Both the position numbers and the translations under genes were made by a program. From NCBI GenBank assembly GCA_964590575.1, contig CAZPWM010000002.1:20299-84298 (forward strand): 64,000 nucleotides of DNA. Reading direction: 5' to 3'. Shown here in pieces: positions 40,481 to 49,777 of this stretch. Each line of letters begins with the position of its first letter. Within the stretch, counting starts at the first letter, position 1. The notes beneath the pieces are model-generated. The model worked only from the letters and a program-made list of their open reading frames with translations, made no database searches and was not told the origin of the DNA. This stretch comes from an uncultured archaeon. GTDB lineage: Archaea > Asgardarchaeota > Thorarchaeia > Thorarchaeales > Thorarchaeaceae.

Positions 40481-43400
40481 ATGGGTCGCAAGCCTAGGGA
40501 GATACATCCGAATGCAATACTGACTGTCTCGATCTATACAGGACTTGCTGCATTGGTCAGGCTTGCGAGAAAGCGAGTTGACAAGAAGACACGGAAATAC
40601 CTTGAGAGCATTCTAACACATTGGAGCAAAGCTCGAGAAGAACACAAGAAGAATCGAGAGAGTGTTGGAAGACAACGACTTGACTTCTCCTCAATCAAGA
40701 ACGCAGAGTCCAACATGCGAAAATTCTTCCTCAAGATTCTCTGGCACAGTACGCGACGTTATGGGAACAAGGAATTCAAGCGGGTATACAGCTGGGAAGA
40801 GGGAACTGTTGGACCACTTAATGCATTACTCAACTACCTTGGAGCCCGACTGAGAGACCTAGCAATGACCAGATATCCATTTCCAGAACCCGAGAAATTC
40901 CAGATCAGGGTATATCCAGATGAGACAAGATTGACGGTTCAAAAGAAACACGTGTCTAATTATGCACAGGATAATGCTGAAGACACATACTGGAAGGCAG
41001 GATACAAGGGAAACAGGAAACATCCCACAGTGTTGTTGACACACCCCTCACTACCAGGATTGGACTTTGTTGATATGATACGTGCCCATGGTGTTGAGCT
41101 TGTCCGTCAGTGTTTCATCCACAATGTTCCACGGTCTGAAGCTCACAGGTACATCAGATTGTTGCTCCATAGACTCACTCCGTTCTTGGACCATGTCTAT
41201 ACTCAAGGAAAGTGTGGTAGAAACTACTTCGAGCCAGATGCCGACAAGGAGCTCAGAAGACTGGTTCTGGAGATCCGTAGTCGATACAGTGGGCGTGTGG
41301 GGAAGAAACAGTCCATATCCAGAGGTCTGGACCTGGACATCCCGGAACCCGATGTGGACATCTTGTGGAAGAAAGTGAGTGAGCTGGTTGAAAACACTCA
41401 GGACAAGAAGACAAGAAAGAGATACGGAAAGATTCTGGATAATATTGACCAAGGACTAATTGTAGACAGGGACATCCAGAAGCTCTATGACCAGGTCTTT
41501 GCCCTTGGACAGAAGGAGGGAAATGACTGGCACAGAGTCCTCCTGTCGGACCTTCACCACCCCGTGTCGTTGAGGTCTGTGATCTTTGCTGGGGACAGGA
41601 TGCTTGACAAGCCCACATCGGTCCTGATTGTAGCCGAACTCCCAGTGAAAGGACTCGAAGGGATTGGACGCATAGATTTGACCGTGTTCATCAGGCTAAA
41701 CATCAAGGGGCGCGTGTTCTGGAGTCCTGTGATGGTCATTGAGGTCAAGTCAAAGACCTCTTTCGACTTCAATCTCTATGCTGTGAAGACTGGTAAGAAG
41801 AAAGAGTGGCCCCCAGTACTATACGTATGGAAGAGAATTCTGACACAGGAGGAATGGGACAGGACCATAGAGTCAGACCCTGATGACCGGGTCTTAAAGC
41901 AACTCGAGGCCTACGAAAAGGCATTGTTGGAGGAGAGCAGGACTCTGATTCCCAATGGTGTCGAACTCCCAAAGAGGCTCCTGAAGGGAGTTATTGTGCT
42001 TGACACAGATCAGGACTACTCGGAGGTATTCAATGCTTTCCACACTCTTCTCGATGAACTGACCACTGAGATTCTCAAAGGCGGACTTGATGTGAGAGCA
42101 ACTCAGACACTGTCTCTCAAGTCAGATGATGTTGGTGTTACCATTCCACGAGTTGCACTGATGCTTCTAGAGAGCGAGAACATAGACACATTCCTCAGGG
42201 AGCAGTCAGCTACTTTGTCACTCTCTGTTGAGAATCCCTTCAAGGAGAGAGTGTCTGATGACCGTCTGCTGACACACTATGTTTCAATTTCTTCTTCAAC
42301 ATCTTTCGGGAACGCAGCAGCATGGGTTTCTAGAAACTGGCACCTTTTGAACCACATCGAGGAGGTCGCTGAAGGATTGAGTGAGGACCTACAAGTCTAC
42401 TGGCTCGATCTCTTGGGTGACTATCCATCCAAACAACTCATCAAGAGAAGGTTTGGTCTTGACACTCTATTGAAGCACAAGCAGATTGCCAAGAAGAGGC
42501 ATGAAGCACTGACCTCTCTCCTTGAGAGTATCACCTTTGTCAACCTGAGAAACAATGTTGAGTCTATTATCTCTGGGGAATCTGCCGAACTCCAAGAGAT
42601 CAAGATGAAAGGCCCTCATGACATGGAGAGAATCATCATTGTTGATGGATGGGTTCAAATCAGAGAGATGGTTTCTCCAGGTGAAGCGGACATTCTGAGA
42701 AACTTTGAAAACCACCTCTTAGATGTTCTACCCACCCAGAATGTGAATGTGATTTGGATTGACAGTGGAGTCACCCACACAAAGATGAACAAGCACTATC
42801 AGAGGGCCTGTATAAGACCTCTACGTCACGACTCCCCTCGCCGGTTTCACATAGACGAAATTATCTACAATGTACCAACTGCACCACGGTTGTTTGGTTG
42901 GAGGGTTCCAAGAAATGAGGACACGAGGTTCATCATCCAAGACACTCCAACCTCCGCAGATCCCTGGATACGACCCATAAGAGTGCCGCAACTGAGGGGA
43001 TGGGCCCGAAAGTATCGAGGAGTCACAAAAAGGGATGGATTCGTCGACCCAGCAGATGTCTATGGGATTGACTTCGAGGGAGTACCTATGTATGGTCGTT
43101 CTGTGACACTCAATGAGGTCCACTCATCGATTGCACCCCTGACATCTGAAACTGTAAAACATCTGCAAGGAATTGGAAAGACCCTCATCCCAAGTCTATC
43201 AAGGCGAGAGGAATCAGCTCCAGACAGACAGTCAACAGAGAAACAATGGAGGGGGGTTCCGTTGCCCGTCACCAGAAAGGACTCTCCTTCACTCACCGAC
43301 AGAATGACTTTCACACCTGGGAGACCTCCTCCACAGCATCACAAGAATAGGGGATTGTATGTTGATTTCTTGAAAATCAAGAGGGGCTGGTACTATGACA

Positions 43401-46120
43401 GAATCCCCATTGATATCAATGACGAGGAGTATGAGGTGGGAGTTTCCCGAAGACCACCAATATATCGAAGGACTGGACTGGATGAGGTGGATTCACAAAA
43501 AGTCCGCAGGAGAGAGGTCAAACGAGTCATGAGCGCAGCGAGATTCCTGAGAAGACAGCTTGACAAAGACAAGAATAGTCGCCTTCACTCATGCTGCGGC
43601 GACATTATCAGAGTGTGCGCAGATGTGCTCTCAGACACCCATGATGAAGAGGCCTTGTTGGTCGTTCTATCGGAGGTTAGAGGCATCATTCTCCGTGATT
43701 CTTGGAGGGCCCAACTATGGGACCTTGTTGAGAGTTCAAGAGAAACAGTTGGTGACGTCCTGACGACTGACAACAGGACTGTACTGACAATGGCTAGAGA
43801 ATTCTGTCCTGACATTCTCTCCCTCTATGGGAACAATCTGTTCCTTGCCCTTCTCACAGTTATCAAGACACACTCCCTGAAACCTTCGGAGGACGTTATC
43901 ATAGCCCTCTGGGAGTCGATGGCTGAATGGCGGTTGTACCAGATGGGATTCCGTCAGAAGGACCATGCAGAGGAGACTGCAAGTTCACAGTATGACTTCC
44001 AGTTCATCTACTCGAAGCTGGTGCTCCGAGTAGAACATCTGACTGATGTTACCACCCCACCTCTTCAAGCACCAGTCGAGGATGTGGCCTACGGCCAGCT
44101 TGTTTGGACTGAGAGAGAAGGTGCTCAGGATGTATGGGTTGTGTTACCAGACGTAAAAACGCCACTCCTTGGCCTTGAGTGCGGAGTCAGGGGTAGTGGA
44201 ATGAAGCCTGGGTGGCATCAATGCGTGACAGATCCATCTACCCTGAAGACCTCAGTCAAGACTCTATCTGAAACTACGCTGAGGAGTCAGATTGCCCGGA
44301 CCGTTATTGGGAAGACTCACATTCTATGGTTCATGGATGAGGTCGAAGGGGAGTATCAGTGGACTACACCAACAGTCTTTGAATTTGCCATCAGTAAAGA
44401 GGATGGCCGATTGCTTCGATGGTTCAGGCTCTCTCCTGTTCTTGAGAGTATCTTCTTGGAACTGGAGAAGAACAGACCCAGACAGATTCCAAGGGCTGGA
44501 ACTGATGTGGACTCTCTGCTTTTTGGAGCCTTCAAAGGTTCACAGGACATTGAAGAAGTGAAAGTCCAAGTGAGTGTGGACATTGAAAACGAACTGTACT
44601 TGGTAGAGTTCAGTTCCGGTCATGTTTTCAGAGTGAGGAACACGCATGAACTAATCGGTCTGCTCAAACATCCTTACCTGAAGGGAGCACCTCTCAGGAC
44701 AGATGATGATAGACTGTTGTTCTGGGACCATAAGAAGGACATCGAGTATGCATATGTTGTTGACAGGCGAGGGAAGAAAGGTCATGTCATAGACCTTTCA
44801 TTTCTCAGACCTCTGGTTCATCGTGCGAACCTATTTTCTCTTGGTGACTTATTTCCCAAGACCTGTGCAGATCTCCTCAACACGAGTGATGGAGGAACCA
44901 TCACTCTGGTTGCGAAGGTGGATAATAATCGTCGGAATAGGGGTGATTTCAACTTCATCAAGGTCAGACTGATAGGACTACCAAAGAGGTCGCGGTTGAA
45001 GACTCTTGAGGATGAGTGGATGAACCCATATGATTTAGAACTGATTCTTGGGTGTGAAGGATTGGTTGACTCCACTATTGGAAACAACTTCTCCCTTGAA
45101 ACAGATGTGAGTGAGCTGAGGGGTGTTCGTCTGCCTTCGGGACTGGATGAGGACTCACAACTAGTCAAATCCCTCGTTATTGAAGACGATGGAGAGGAAG
45201 AACAGAAACCGTTACTTCCGGAAGGTGAGTGGACCCTGTCCAGTAAGTTCAAGGGGGGAACTATCCAATGGAGTCTAGACTCACCACTCGCAAATCAGTT
45301 GTGGATGGGCAAGACCTTTAGTACAAGGCTGGACGGGACTCTGAGTATAGAGGAAATGGTGAAGGAGTTTATCGGGGAGCTGAAGATAGTAGGTGCATCA
45401 AAAGATAATATCCACAACTTTGATGAAGAGCTCGATGACATAAGAGAAGGACTCAGAGGATGTGGTTGGGGGAACGAGCGTCCAGAGTGTAGGGCTGAAG
45501 CTGTGCAAACTGGCGGAGGGGTCAGAATATCTCTAAGAACCTGTGGAGAGAATGAGGTCATAGTCTATGAAGATGTCATCAATCCAGGTGAAGATGATGC
45601 TGCGGACTTGGTAATCGATGCTCTTGATGATTATGAATGGTCTAAATACACTACTGTGAACAAAGAGGAGTTCAGGAGGATGTTGAGAGGAATCTTGGAC
45701 GACGAAGAGCTGGAACCAGATGTTGTTGATGTTGAAGAGGCAGAACTGCTGATGATTGTTGAAGAATGTAGAGTCGAGGGTAACCTTAGGTGGATGTGTA
45801 GTCAGACAAACACACTGGTAGATTATTACTTACGACAAGAGCGGCTTGATGTTGCTCTAGAGAAGATAGATGAGAATCTCTCAAATCTCGAGACCTTGGA
45901 CTTGGATGATGAAGATGGACGTTGGTACTTGTTCATAGCCAGAGTCTTAAGAGCTGAGATACTCCTTGCAACAAATAATCCCAAAGAGTCAAGGAAAGAA
46001 ATAGACAAAGCCTTTGAGATCATTCCTGATGATGTTGAGTTGTGGATGTTAGGAGTTGGGACAAGAAGAGAGTACTATGAGCGAGGTATGAAACTTAGAA
46101 CTGATGTAATTGATTGTTAG
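40481..46120 (+). CDS. 1,879-aa protein: PD-(D/E)xK nuclease, degenerate P-loop/RecA-like region, long uncharacterised C-terminus
   Basis: AELPV..GRIDLTVF..VIEVKSK..QLEAY; YVSISSSTSFGN, VYWLD, IIIVDGW; TPR-like terminal helices. Confidence 0.75.
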   Translation: MGRKPREIHPNAILTVSIYTGLAALVRLARKRVDKKTRKYLESILTHWSKAREEHKKNRESVGRQRLDFSSIKNAESNMRKFFLKILWHSTRRYGNKEFKRVYSWEEGTVGPLNALLNYLGARLRDLAMTRYPFPEPEKFQIRVYPDETRLTVQKKHVSNYAQDNAEDTYWKAGYKGNRKHPTVLLTHPSLPGLDFVDMIRAHGVELVRQCFIHNVPRSEAHRYIRLLLHRLTPFLDHVYTQGKCGRNYFEPDADKELRRLVLEIRSRYSGRVGKKQSISRGLDLDIPEPDVDILWKKVSELVENTQDKKTRKRYGKILDNIDQGLIVDRDIQKLYDQVFALGQKEGNDWHRVLLSDLHHPVSLRSVIFAGDRMLDKPTSVLIVAELPVKGLEGIGRIDLTVFIRLNIKGRVFWSPVMVIEVKSKTSFDFNLYAVKTGKKKEWPPVLYVWKRILTQEEWDRTIESDPDDRVLKQLEAYEKALLEESRTLIPNGVELPKRLLKGVIVLDTDQDYSEVFNAFHTLLDELTTEILKGGLDVRATQTLSLKSDDVGVTIPRVALMLLESENIDTFLREQSATLSLSVENPFKERVSDDRLLTHYVSISSSTSFGNAAAWVSRNWHLLNHIEEVAEGLSEDLQVYWLDLLGDYPSKQLIKRRFGLDTLLKHKQIAKKRHEALTSLLESITFVNLRNNVESIISGESAELQEIKMKGPHDMERIIIVDGWVQIREMVSPGEADILRNFENHLLDVLPTQNVNVIWIDSGVTHTKMNKHYQRACIRPLRHDSPRRFHIDEIIYNVPTAPRLFGWRVPRNEDTRFIIQDTPTSADPWIRPIRVPQLRGWARKYRGVTKRDGFVDPADVYGIDFEGVPMYGRSVTLNEVHSSIAPLTSETVKHLQGIGKTLIPSLSRREESAPDRQSTEKQWRGVPLPVTRKDSPSLTDRMTFTPGRPPPQHHKNRGLYVDFLKIKRGWYYDRIPIDINDEEYEVGVSRRPPIYRRTGLDEVDSQKVRRREVKRVMSAARFLRRQLDKDKNSRLHSCCGDIIRVCADVLSDTHDEEALLVVLSEVRGIILRDSWRAQLWDLVESSRETVGDVLTTDNRTVLTMAREFCPDILSLYGNNLFLALLTVIKTHSLKPSEDVIIALWESMAEWRLYQMGFRQKDHAEETASSQYDFQFIYSKLVLRVEHLTDVTTPPLQAPVEDVAYGQLVWTEREGAQDVWVVLPDVKTPLLGLECGVRGSGMKPGWHQCVTDPSTLKTSVKTLSETTLRSQIARTVIGKTHILWFMDEVEGEYQWTTPTVFEFAISKEDGRLLRWFRLSPVLESIFLELEKNRPRQIPRAGTDVDSLLFGAFKGSQDIEEVKVQVSVDIENELYLVEFSSGHVFRVRNTHELIGLLKHPYLKGAPLRTDDDRLLFWDHKKDIEYAYVVDRRGKKGHVIDLSFLRPLVHRANLFSLGDLFPKTCADLLNTSDGGTITLVAKVDNNRRNRGDFNFIKVRLIGLPKRSRLKTLEDEWMNPYDLELILGCEGLVDSTIGNNFSLETDVSELRGVRLPSGLDEDSQLVKSLVIEDDGEEEQKPLLPEGEWTLSSKFKGGTIQWSLDSPLANQLWMGKTFSTRLDGTLSIEEMVKEFIGELKIVGASKDNIHNFDEELDDIREGLRGCGWGNERPECRAEAVQTGGGVRISLRTCGENEVIVYEDVINPGEDDAADLVIDALDDYEWSKYTTVNKEEFRRMLRGILDDEELEPDVVDVEEAELLMIVEECRVEGNLRWMCSQTNTLVDYYLRQERLDVALEKIDENLSNLETLDLDDEDGRWYLFIARVLRAEILLATNNPKESRKEIDKAFEIIPDDVELWMLGVGTRREYYERGMKLRTDVIDC

Positions 46121-46123
46121 ACA

Positions 46124-46179
46124 ACCTAGAGTTGTTCAAGGAATGTGTGTTGTAGTAATGAATAGTATCTCCATCTTCT
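46124..46179 (+). repeat. Right half of the degenerate 23S 3'-arm copy, starting with ACCTAGAGTT
   Basis: ACCTAGAGTTGTTCAAG..TTGTAGTA..TAGTATCTCCATCTTCT aligns with 35662-35717. Confidence 0.85.
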
Positions 46180-46218
46180 GATGTCTTTATTTTTCTCCTT
46201 GCATTTTATGAAACAGCA

Positions 46219-47188
46219 ACCTCCATCCTTTGTTGTCGTTTTTTTTCTTTTTCACAAACGTTGATTAGATAAACCAAAACTGAGAATCATTACGATGATT
46301 CAGAGAGTTCTATTGTTCAGAAACCTACTAGATAACATACCTAAGAACATTGGACTATACTCAGTGGGCGTCATGCTTCTTTTTCTGTTTCGTGTCACAT
46401 TTGACCCATTGCAATTGCTGTTGGGACTGCTTGCCTTCATGGTTTCTTATTCATCGATTTATGTGCTTAACGATCTATATGATATTGAAGACGACAAGAA
46501 AGATGAAAAGAAAGTTCTGAGAAAACCCTTAGCTCAGGGCGTCGTGAATAGAAGCGAAGCTGTGAAGATTTTCCTTTCATTTTTGATTCTGGGTCTTCTA
46601 CTCTCTATTTTTCTCAATATGTTATTCTTCTGTGTAGTTAGCTCATTAGTCTTCATCAACATGATTTACTCTATTCCATTAACAACAAACACGAACCAGA
46701 GCATAGAAGAGGTGAGTCCAAGAAGATTGAAACACACTATGTTTGGACCATTTCTAGTTTTCCTCATGCAATTTCTGAAGATTTTCCTTCCTTGGACATT
46801 TAACACAGAGGTGATGCAATTTCCAGTTCTTTTTGCTATCGGATTTTCTCTCGTCTATGTTATACTTTTCAAAGGTTACAAAGAATATCGCACTATTGGA
46901 GAATCTGTCAAGCAGACACCGTTTTCCTTTTGCTTCGCGATTGTTGTTTTCTTATTGTCAATGAGCATATATCCCGAACCTTTAGTTCAAGCATCAATAG
47001 TACTCTACATAATTGCAGGAATCATGTTCTTCTGGAATTCACACATTACTGATAGAAGGATCTTACTATTGAGCCCAATCTATATCCTTCTAGGAATTCT
47101 GATCTTGTTCTATTTAATGACAAATGTACTGACCTGACAACAAAGTTATGCTTGATGAGTAGCACGTGACCTCCATCACTTGTTGTCG
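46219..47188 (+). repeat. 18/20-bp direct repeats flanking the ubiA-like gene
   Basis: ACCTCCATCCTTTGTTGTCG (46219-46238) and ACCTCCATCACTTGTTGTCG (47169-47188). Confidence 0.6.
46295..47137 (+). CDS. UbiA-family prenyltransferase-like membrane protein
   Basis: YVLNDLYDIEDD..RKPLAQG; multiple TM helices. Confidence 0.8.
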   Translation: MIQRVLLFRNLLDNIPKNIGLYSVGVMLLFLFRVTFDPLQLLLGLLAFMVSYSSIYVLNDLYDIEDDKKDEKKVLRKPLAQGVVNRSEAVKIFLSFLILGLLLSIFLNMLFFCVVSSLVFINMIYSIPLTTNTNQSIEEVSPRRLKHTMFGPFLVFLMQFLKIFLPWTFNTEVMQFPVLFAIGFSLVYVILFKGYKEYRTIGESVKQTPFSFCFAIVVFLLSMSIYPEPLVQASIVLYIIAGIMFFWNSHITDRRILLLSPIYILLGILILFYLMTNVLT

Positions 47189-47226
47189 AATATTTCTAAC
47201 AACCTACTTCTGACATTGAATAGAAT

Positions 47227-48600
47227 CTACACACGTCTTGCAGCTTCATAAACAGGTAACAAACGAGCTCTCCAAGCTGCAAGCTGCTTCGGTGATTTCG
47301 GATAATCAGCGTAAATCTCCCTCATGTTAGCCATCAATTTAGAAACCGCAGACACCCTCTTTAGAAATGATACATTCCCGAGTCCAGAGATTAGTCGTTT
47401 AAACTTCTCGCTACTACTTGTCTTCATTTCACCAGTTACGCTTACACTGAGGAGGTCTGAACCTTTGATGATTCCCTTTCTGAATGCAAAATTGATTTCA
47501 TCATTTGTGACATTGAGGAGATATTCCTTGAAGATATCGAGTGCTGCTTGTTTCACACCATAGCTTCCCATGTATCTCTCATTATAAGACCAAAGAGATT
47601 CGATAGATGTATCATTCACATTAAGTGCTTCAGAGGCTGTTATTCCAGCAAGAGCGCCTCCCAGCATGGAAGGACCTATTCCTCCTCCATGGACCGGATT
47701 GACCTGACATGCCGCATCACCCGCAAGCATGAAGTTATCATCAACCAACGAATCTATTGGTCTCCTCATTGGCGCTATCCCTCCACTGCTATCAATGTCA
47801 ATATTCTTCTTTTTCATGAAGTCCCAATTGGTCCGGACAAAGTTATCGAATATCTCATGTGGTCCTCCATGTCCTGAGAGAGTTAGTAAACCAACTCCTA
47901 CGTTCACCTTATGGCTGCCCCGAGGAAAGACCCATGTGTATCCTCCGGGTGTTTGGGTCTGGTTCCAGTAGATCTCAAGAATATTGGGGGTTTCAAATGT
48001 GTGTTCAGGTGTTTCAAGGATAGATCGCCATGCAACCATCATATCCTGTTTATCGATATTTCTTTCAATCAGCGAATTCTCAGGCAACTGCCTTCTGAGC
48101 ATCCCCGCTGCACCCGTGGCATCTACAATGATTCTAGCAGTAAGACTCTTGTCTTTATTTTCGTCATCGAGTTTTACCCTCACACCAGATACTTTTCCTT
48201 CATCAAAGAGAAGGTGCTTTACTCTGGTAGATGGCAGGACTTCTACTCCCTCCTTTTCTGCCAGAGATAACAACCACTGACCAAGCTTTAGCCTGTTGAA
48301 TGAAAACCCCTCAATAGTCGGACCATCCAGTCGTAACCTATTCTCTCTATTAGGTGCAATCAAGTCTATGCCATTAAGGGTGTGCTCCACTATGCTATCA
48401 GGTATTGATGGAAATCCAATTAGCTCTTTGAGTTTCCTTGGATGATGAGCGGCAAGTGCATCACCACAAGTCTTGTCACCGATTTTCTCCTTGTTCTTTC
48501 TGTCAATCAATAAGATTGTATATCCTCTCCTTGCAATAGCCAATGCGGTTACCGCACCTGCAGTGCCAGCTCCTGACACGATAACATCGTAGTCTTTCAT
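47227..48600 (-). CDS. Digeranylgeranylglycerophospholipid reductase-like (GGR family)
   Basis: GAGTAG, GDKTCGDA, PGGYTWVFP, GDAACQVNPVHGGGI. Confidence 0.9.
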   Translation of the reverse strand: MKDYDVIVSGAGTAGAVTALAIARRGYTILLIDRKNKEKIGDKTCGDALAAHHPRKLKELIGFPSIPDSIVEHTLNGIDLIAPNRENRLRLDGPTIEGFSFNRLKLGQWLLSLAEKEGVEVLPSTRVKHLLFDEGKVSGVRVKLDDENKDKSLTARIIVDATGAAGMLRRQLPENSLIERNIDKQDMMVAWRSILETPEHTFETPNILEIYWNQTQTPGGYTWVFPRGSHKVNVGVGLLTLSGHGGPHEIFDNFVRTNWDFMKKKNIDIDSSGGIAPMRRPIDSLVDDNFMLAGDAACQVNPVHGGGIGPSMLGGALAGITASEALNVNDTSIESLWSYNERYMGSYGVKQAALDIFKEYLLNVTNDEINFAFRKGIIKGSDLLSVSVTGEMKTSSSEKFKRLISGLGNVSFLKRVSAVSKLMANMREIYADYPKSPKQLAAWRARLLPVYEAARRV

Positions 48601-48799
48601 CTCCCAAATTCACCTAACTTGTCCAAATTTCAATATGCGATGGAATCTAAGATTCTTGTGAATAGCTTTGTCCAACTTAAGCGCTCATTTTCGTGCATTA
48701 TTGCTCTTTAGAATTCAAGACATCCCTATGGAGAATGTTATCAAGCGGTTCAATATCGCAGTGCGAAGTTATCTATTCAAGATTGAAGGATTTGGTTCA

Positions 48800-49495
48800 A
48801 TGAGTAAAGGAGTCCTCAAAGTCTTCTCAGAGGTTGCTCGCCAGTATGAATTGGTGAACCACATCCTGACATTTGGTCTTGATATTCCTTGGAGAGAGAG
48901 GGCCGCCCAAGTAGCTGCGTCAGGTGGAGGGGCTCTCTGGTTAGAGGTCTGCAGTGGGACCGGAGAAATGGCTGTTAATCTCAAGAAGATCGCAGATCCT
49001 ACCACTAAGATTGTTGTATCCGATTTCTCCATGCCCATGGTTTCAAAGGCTAGTGAAAAAGAAGAACTTGGCACAGCTTCGATTTCACTTGCTGACTCAC
49101 TACATCTTCCCTTCATTGAAAATACGTTCGATCTTGTGATAATTTCTTTTGCAACTCGTAACATCACACCTACCCGTGCAAAATTGACAATGTTTCTCCG
49201 AGAATTTTATCGTGTATTGAAACCTGGTGGTCGCTTCATCAACCTCGAAACCAGCCAACCTTCTTCAACGCCAATCAGAATCGCTTTTCGCCTATACACA
49301 AGACAAGTCATTAAATTGGTCGGAAGGATAATCTCAGGCTCAAAGACAGGATACGCATACTTGGCACATACTGTCCCCAGATTCTTTAATGCAGAAGAAC
49401 TTTCAGACATTCTTTATGAGTCTGGGTTTTCAAACGTAAAATACATTAAATTGACATTTGGTGCTGTGGCAATCCACCGTGCTCTGAAAAAATAG
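48800..49495 (+). CDS. ubiE: UbiE/MenG-family methyltransferase (ATG 48800 preferred over the track start 48668)
   Basis: FSEVARQYELVNHILTFG, EVCSGTG, DFS, RVLKPGG, YAYL. Confidence 0.82.
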   Translation: MSKGVLKVFSEVARQYELVNHILTFGLDIPWRERAAQVAASGGGALWLEVCSGTGEMAVNLKKIADPTTKIVVSDFSMPMVSKASEKEELGTASISLADSLHLPFIENTFDLVIISFATRNITPTRAKLTMFLREFYRVLKPGGRFINLETSQPSSTPIRIAFRLYTRQVIKLVGRIISGSKTGYAYLAHTVPRFFNAEELSDILYESGFSNVKYIKLTFGAVAIHRALKK

Positions 49496-49579
49496 AGTTC
49501 ACATTAAACCAGAAACCTTTTCAAAAAGGCGAATGTTTTTACTAGATTATTTGAAGAGCCCTTCTAGGTCTAAAAGACC

Positions 49580-49777
49580 ATGCTTCAATTAGCATCTATC
49601 GGAATCATGTTGATGGCTCTCAGCATTATTCCCCTTCTTTTCCTTCTGTACACAATAACGCACCTAGGAAAACTGGGAATTGAAATTAAACATCCTAGAG
49701 TGATAGTCGAACTAATGTTATTTATTGGACTCTTATTGGTGGGGCTAATTTTCTGGTTTGGCCAACCTATAATCTGA
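49580..49777 (+). CDS. Small 2-TM membrane protein
   Basis: Two hydrophobic segments around KHPRV. Confidence 0.6.
   Translation: MLQLASIGIMLMALSIIPLLFLLYTITHLGKLGIEIKHPRVIVELMLFIGLLLVGLIFWFGQPII

Larger units (their letters stand above)
38483..46123. mobile_element. Putative 7,641-bp mobile element: TnpB plus giant PD-(D/E)xK protein, flanked by a 10-bp direct repeat
   Basis: ACCTAGAGTT at 38473-38482 and 46124-46133; stop codons lie 12 and 3 nt from the ends; excision restores a continuous homolog of 35633-35717. Confidence 0.75.

Noticed and set aside
40476-40500. TTGAT (ISDra2-type TAM) immediately before the giant gene's ATG as a self-target
   Set aside because: The downstream sequence matches neither candidate guide; a 5-mer is expected by chance
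40481-46120. R2-like retroelement or Tn7-like transposase
   Set aside because: No RT (Y/F)xDD motif set or DDE triad recognisable; the TGT..ACA trinucleotides near the ends lack a matching 5-bp TSD and TnsB-type repeats
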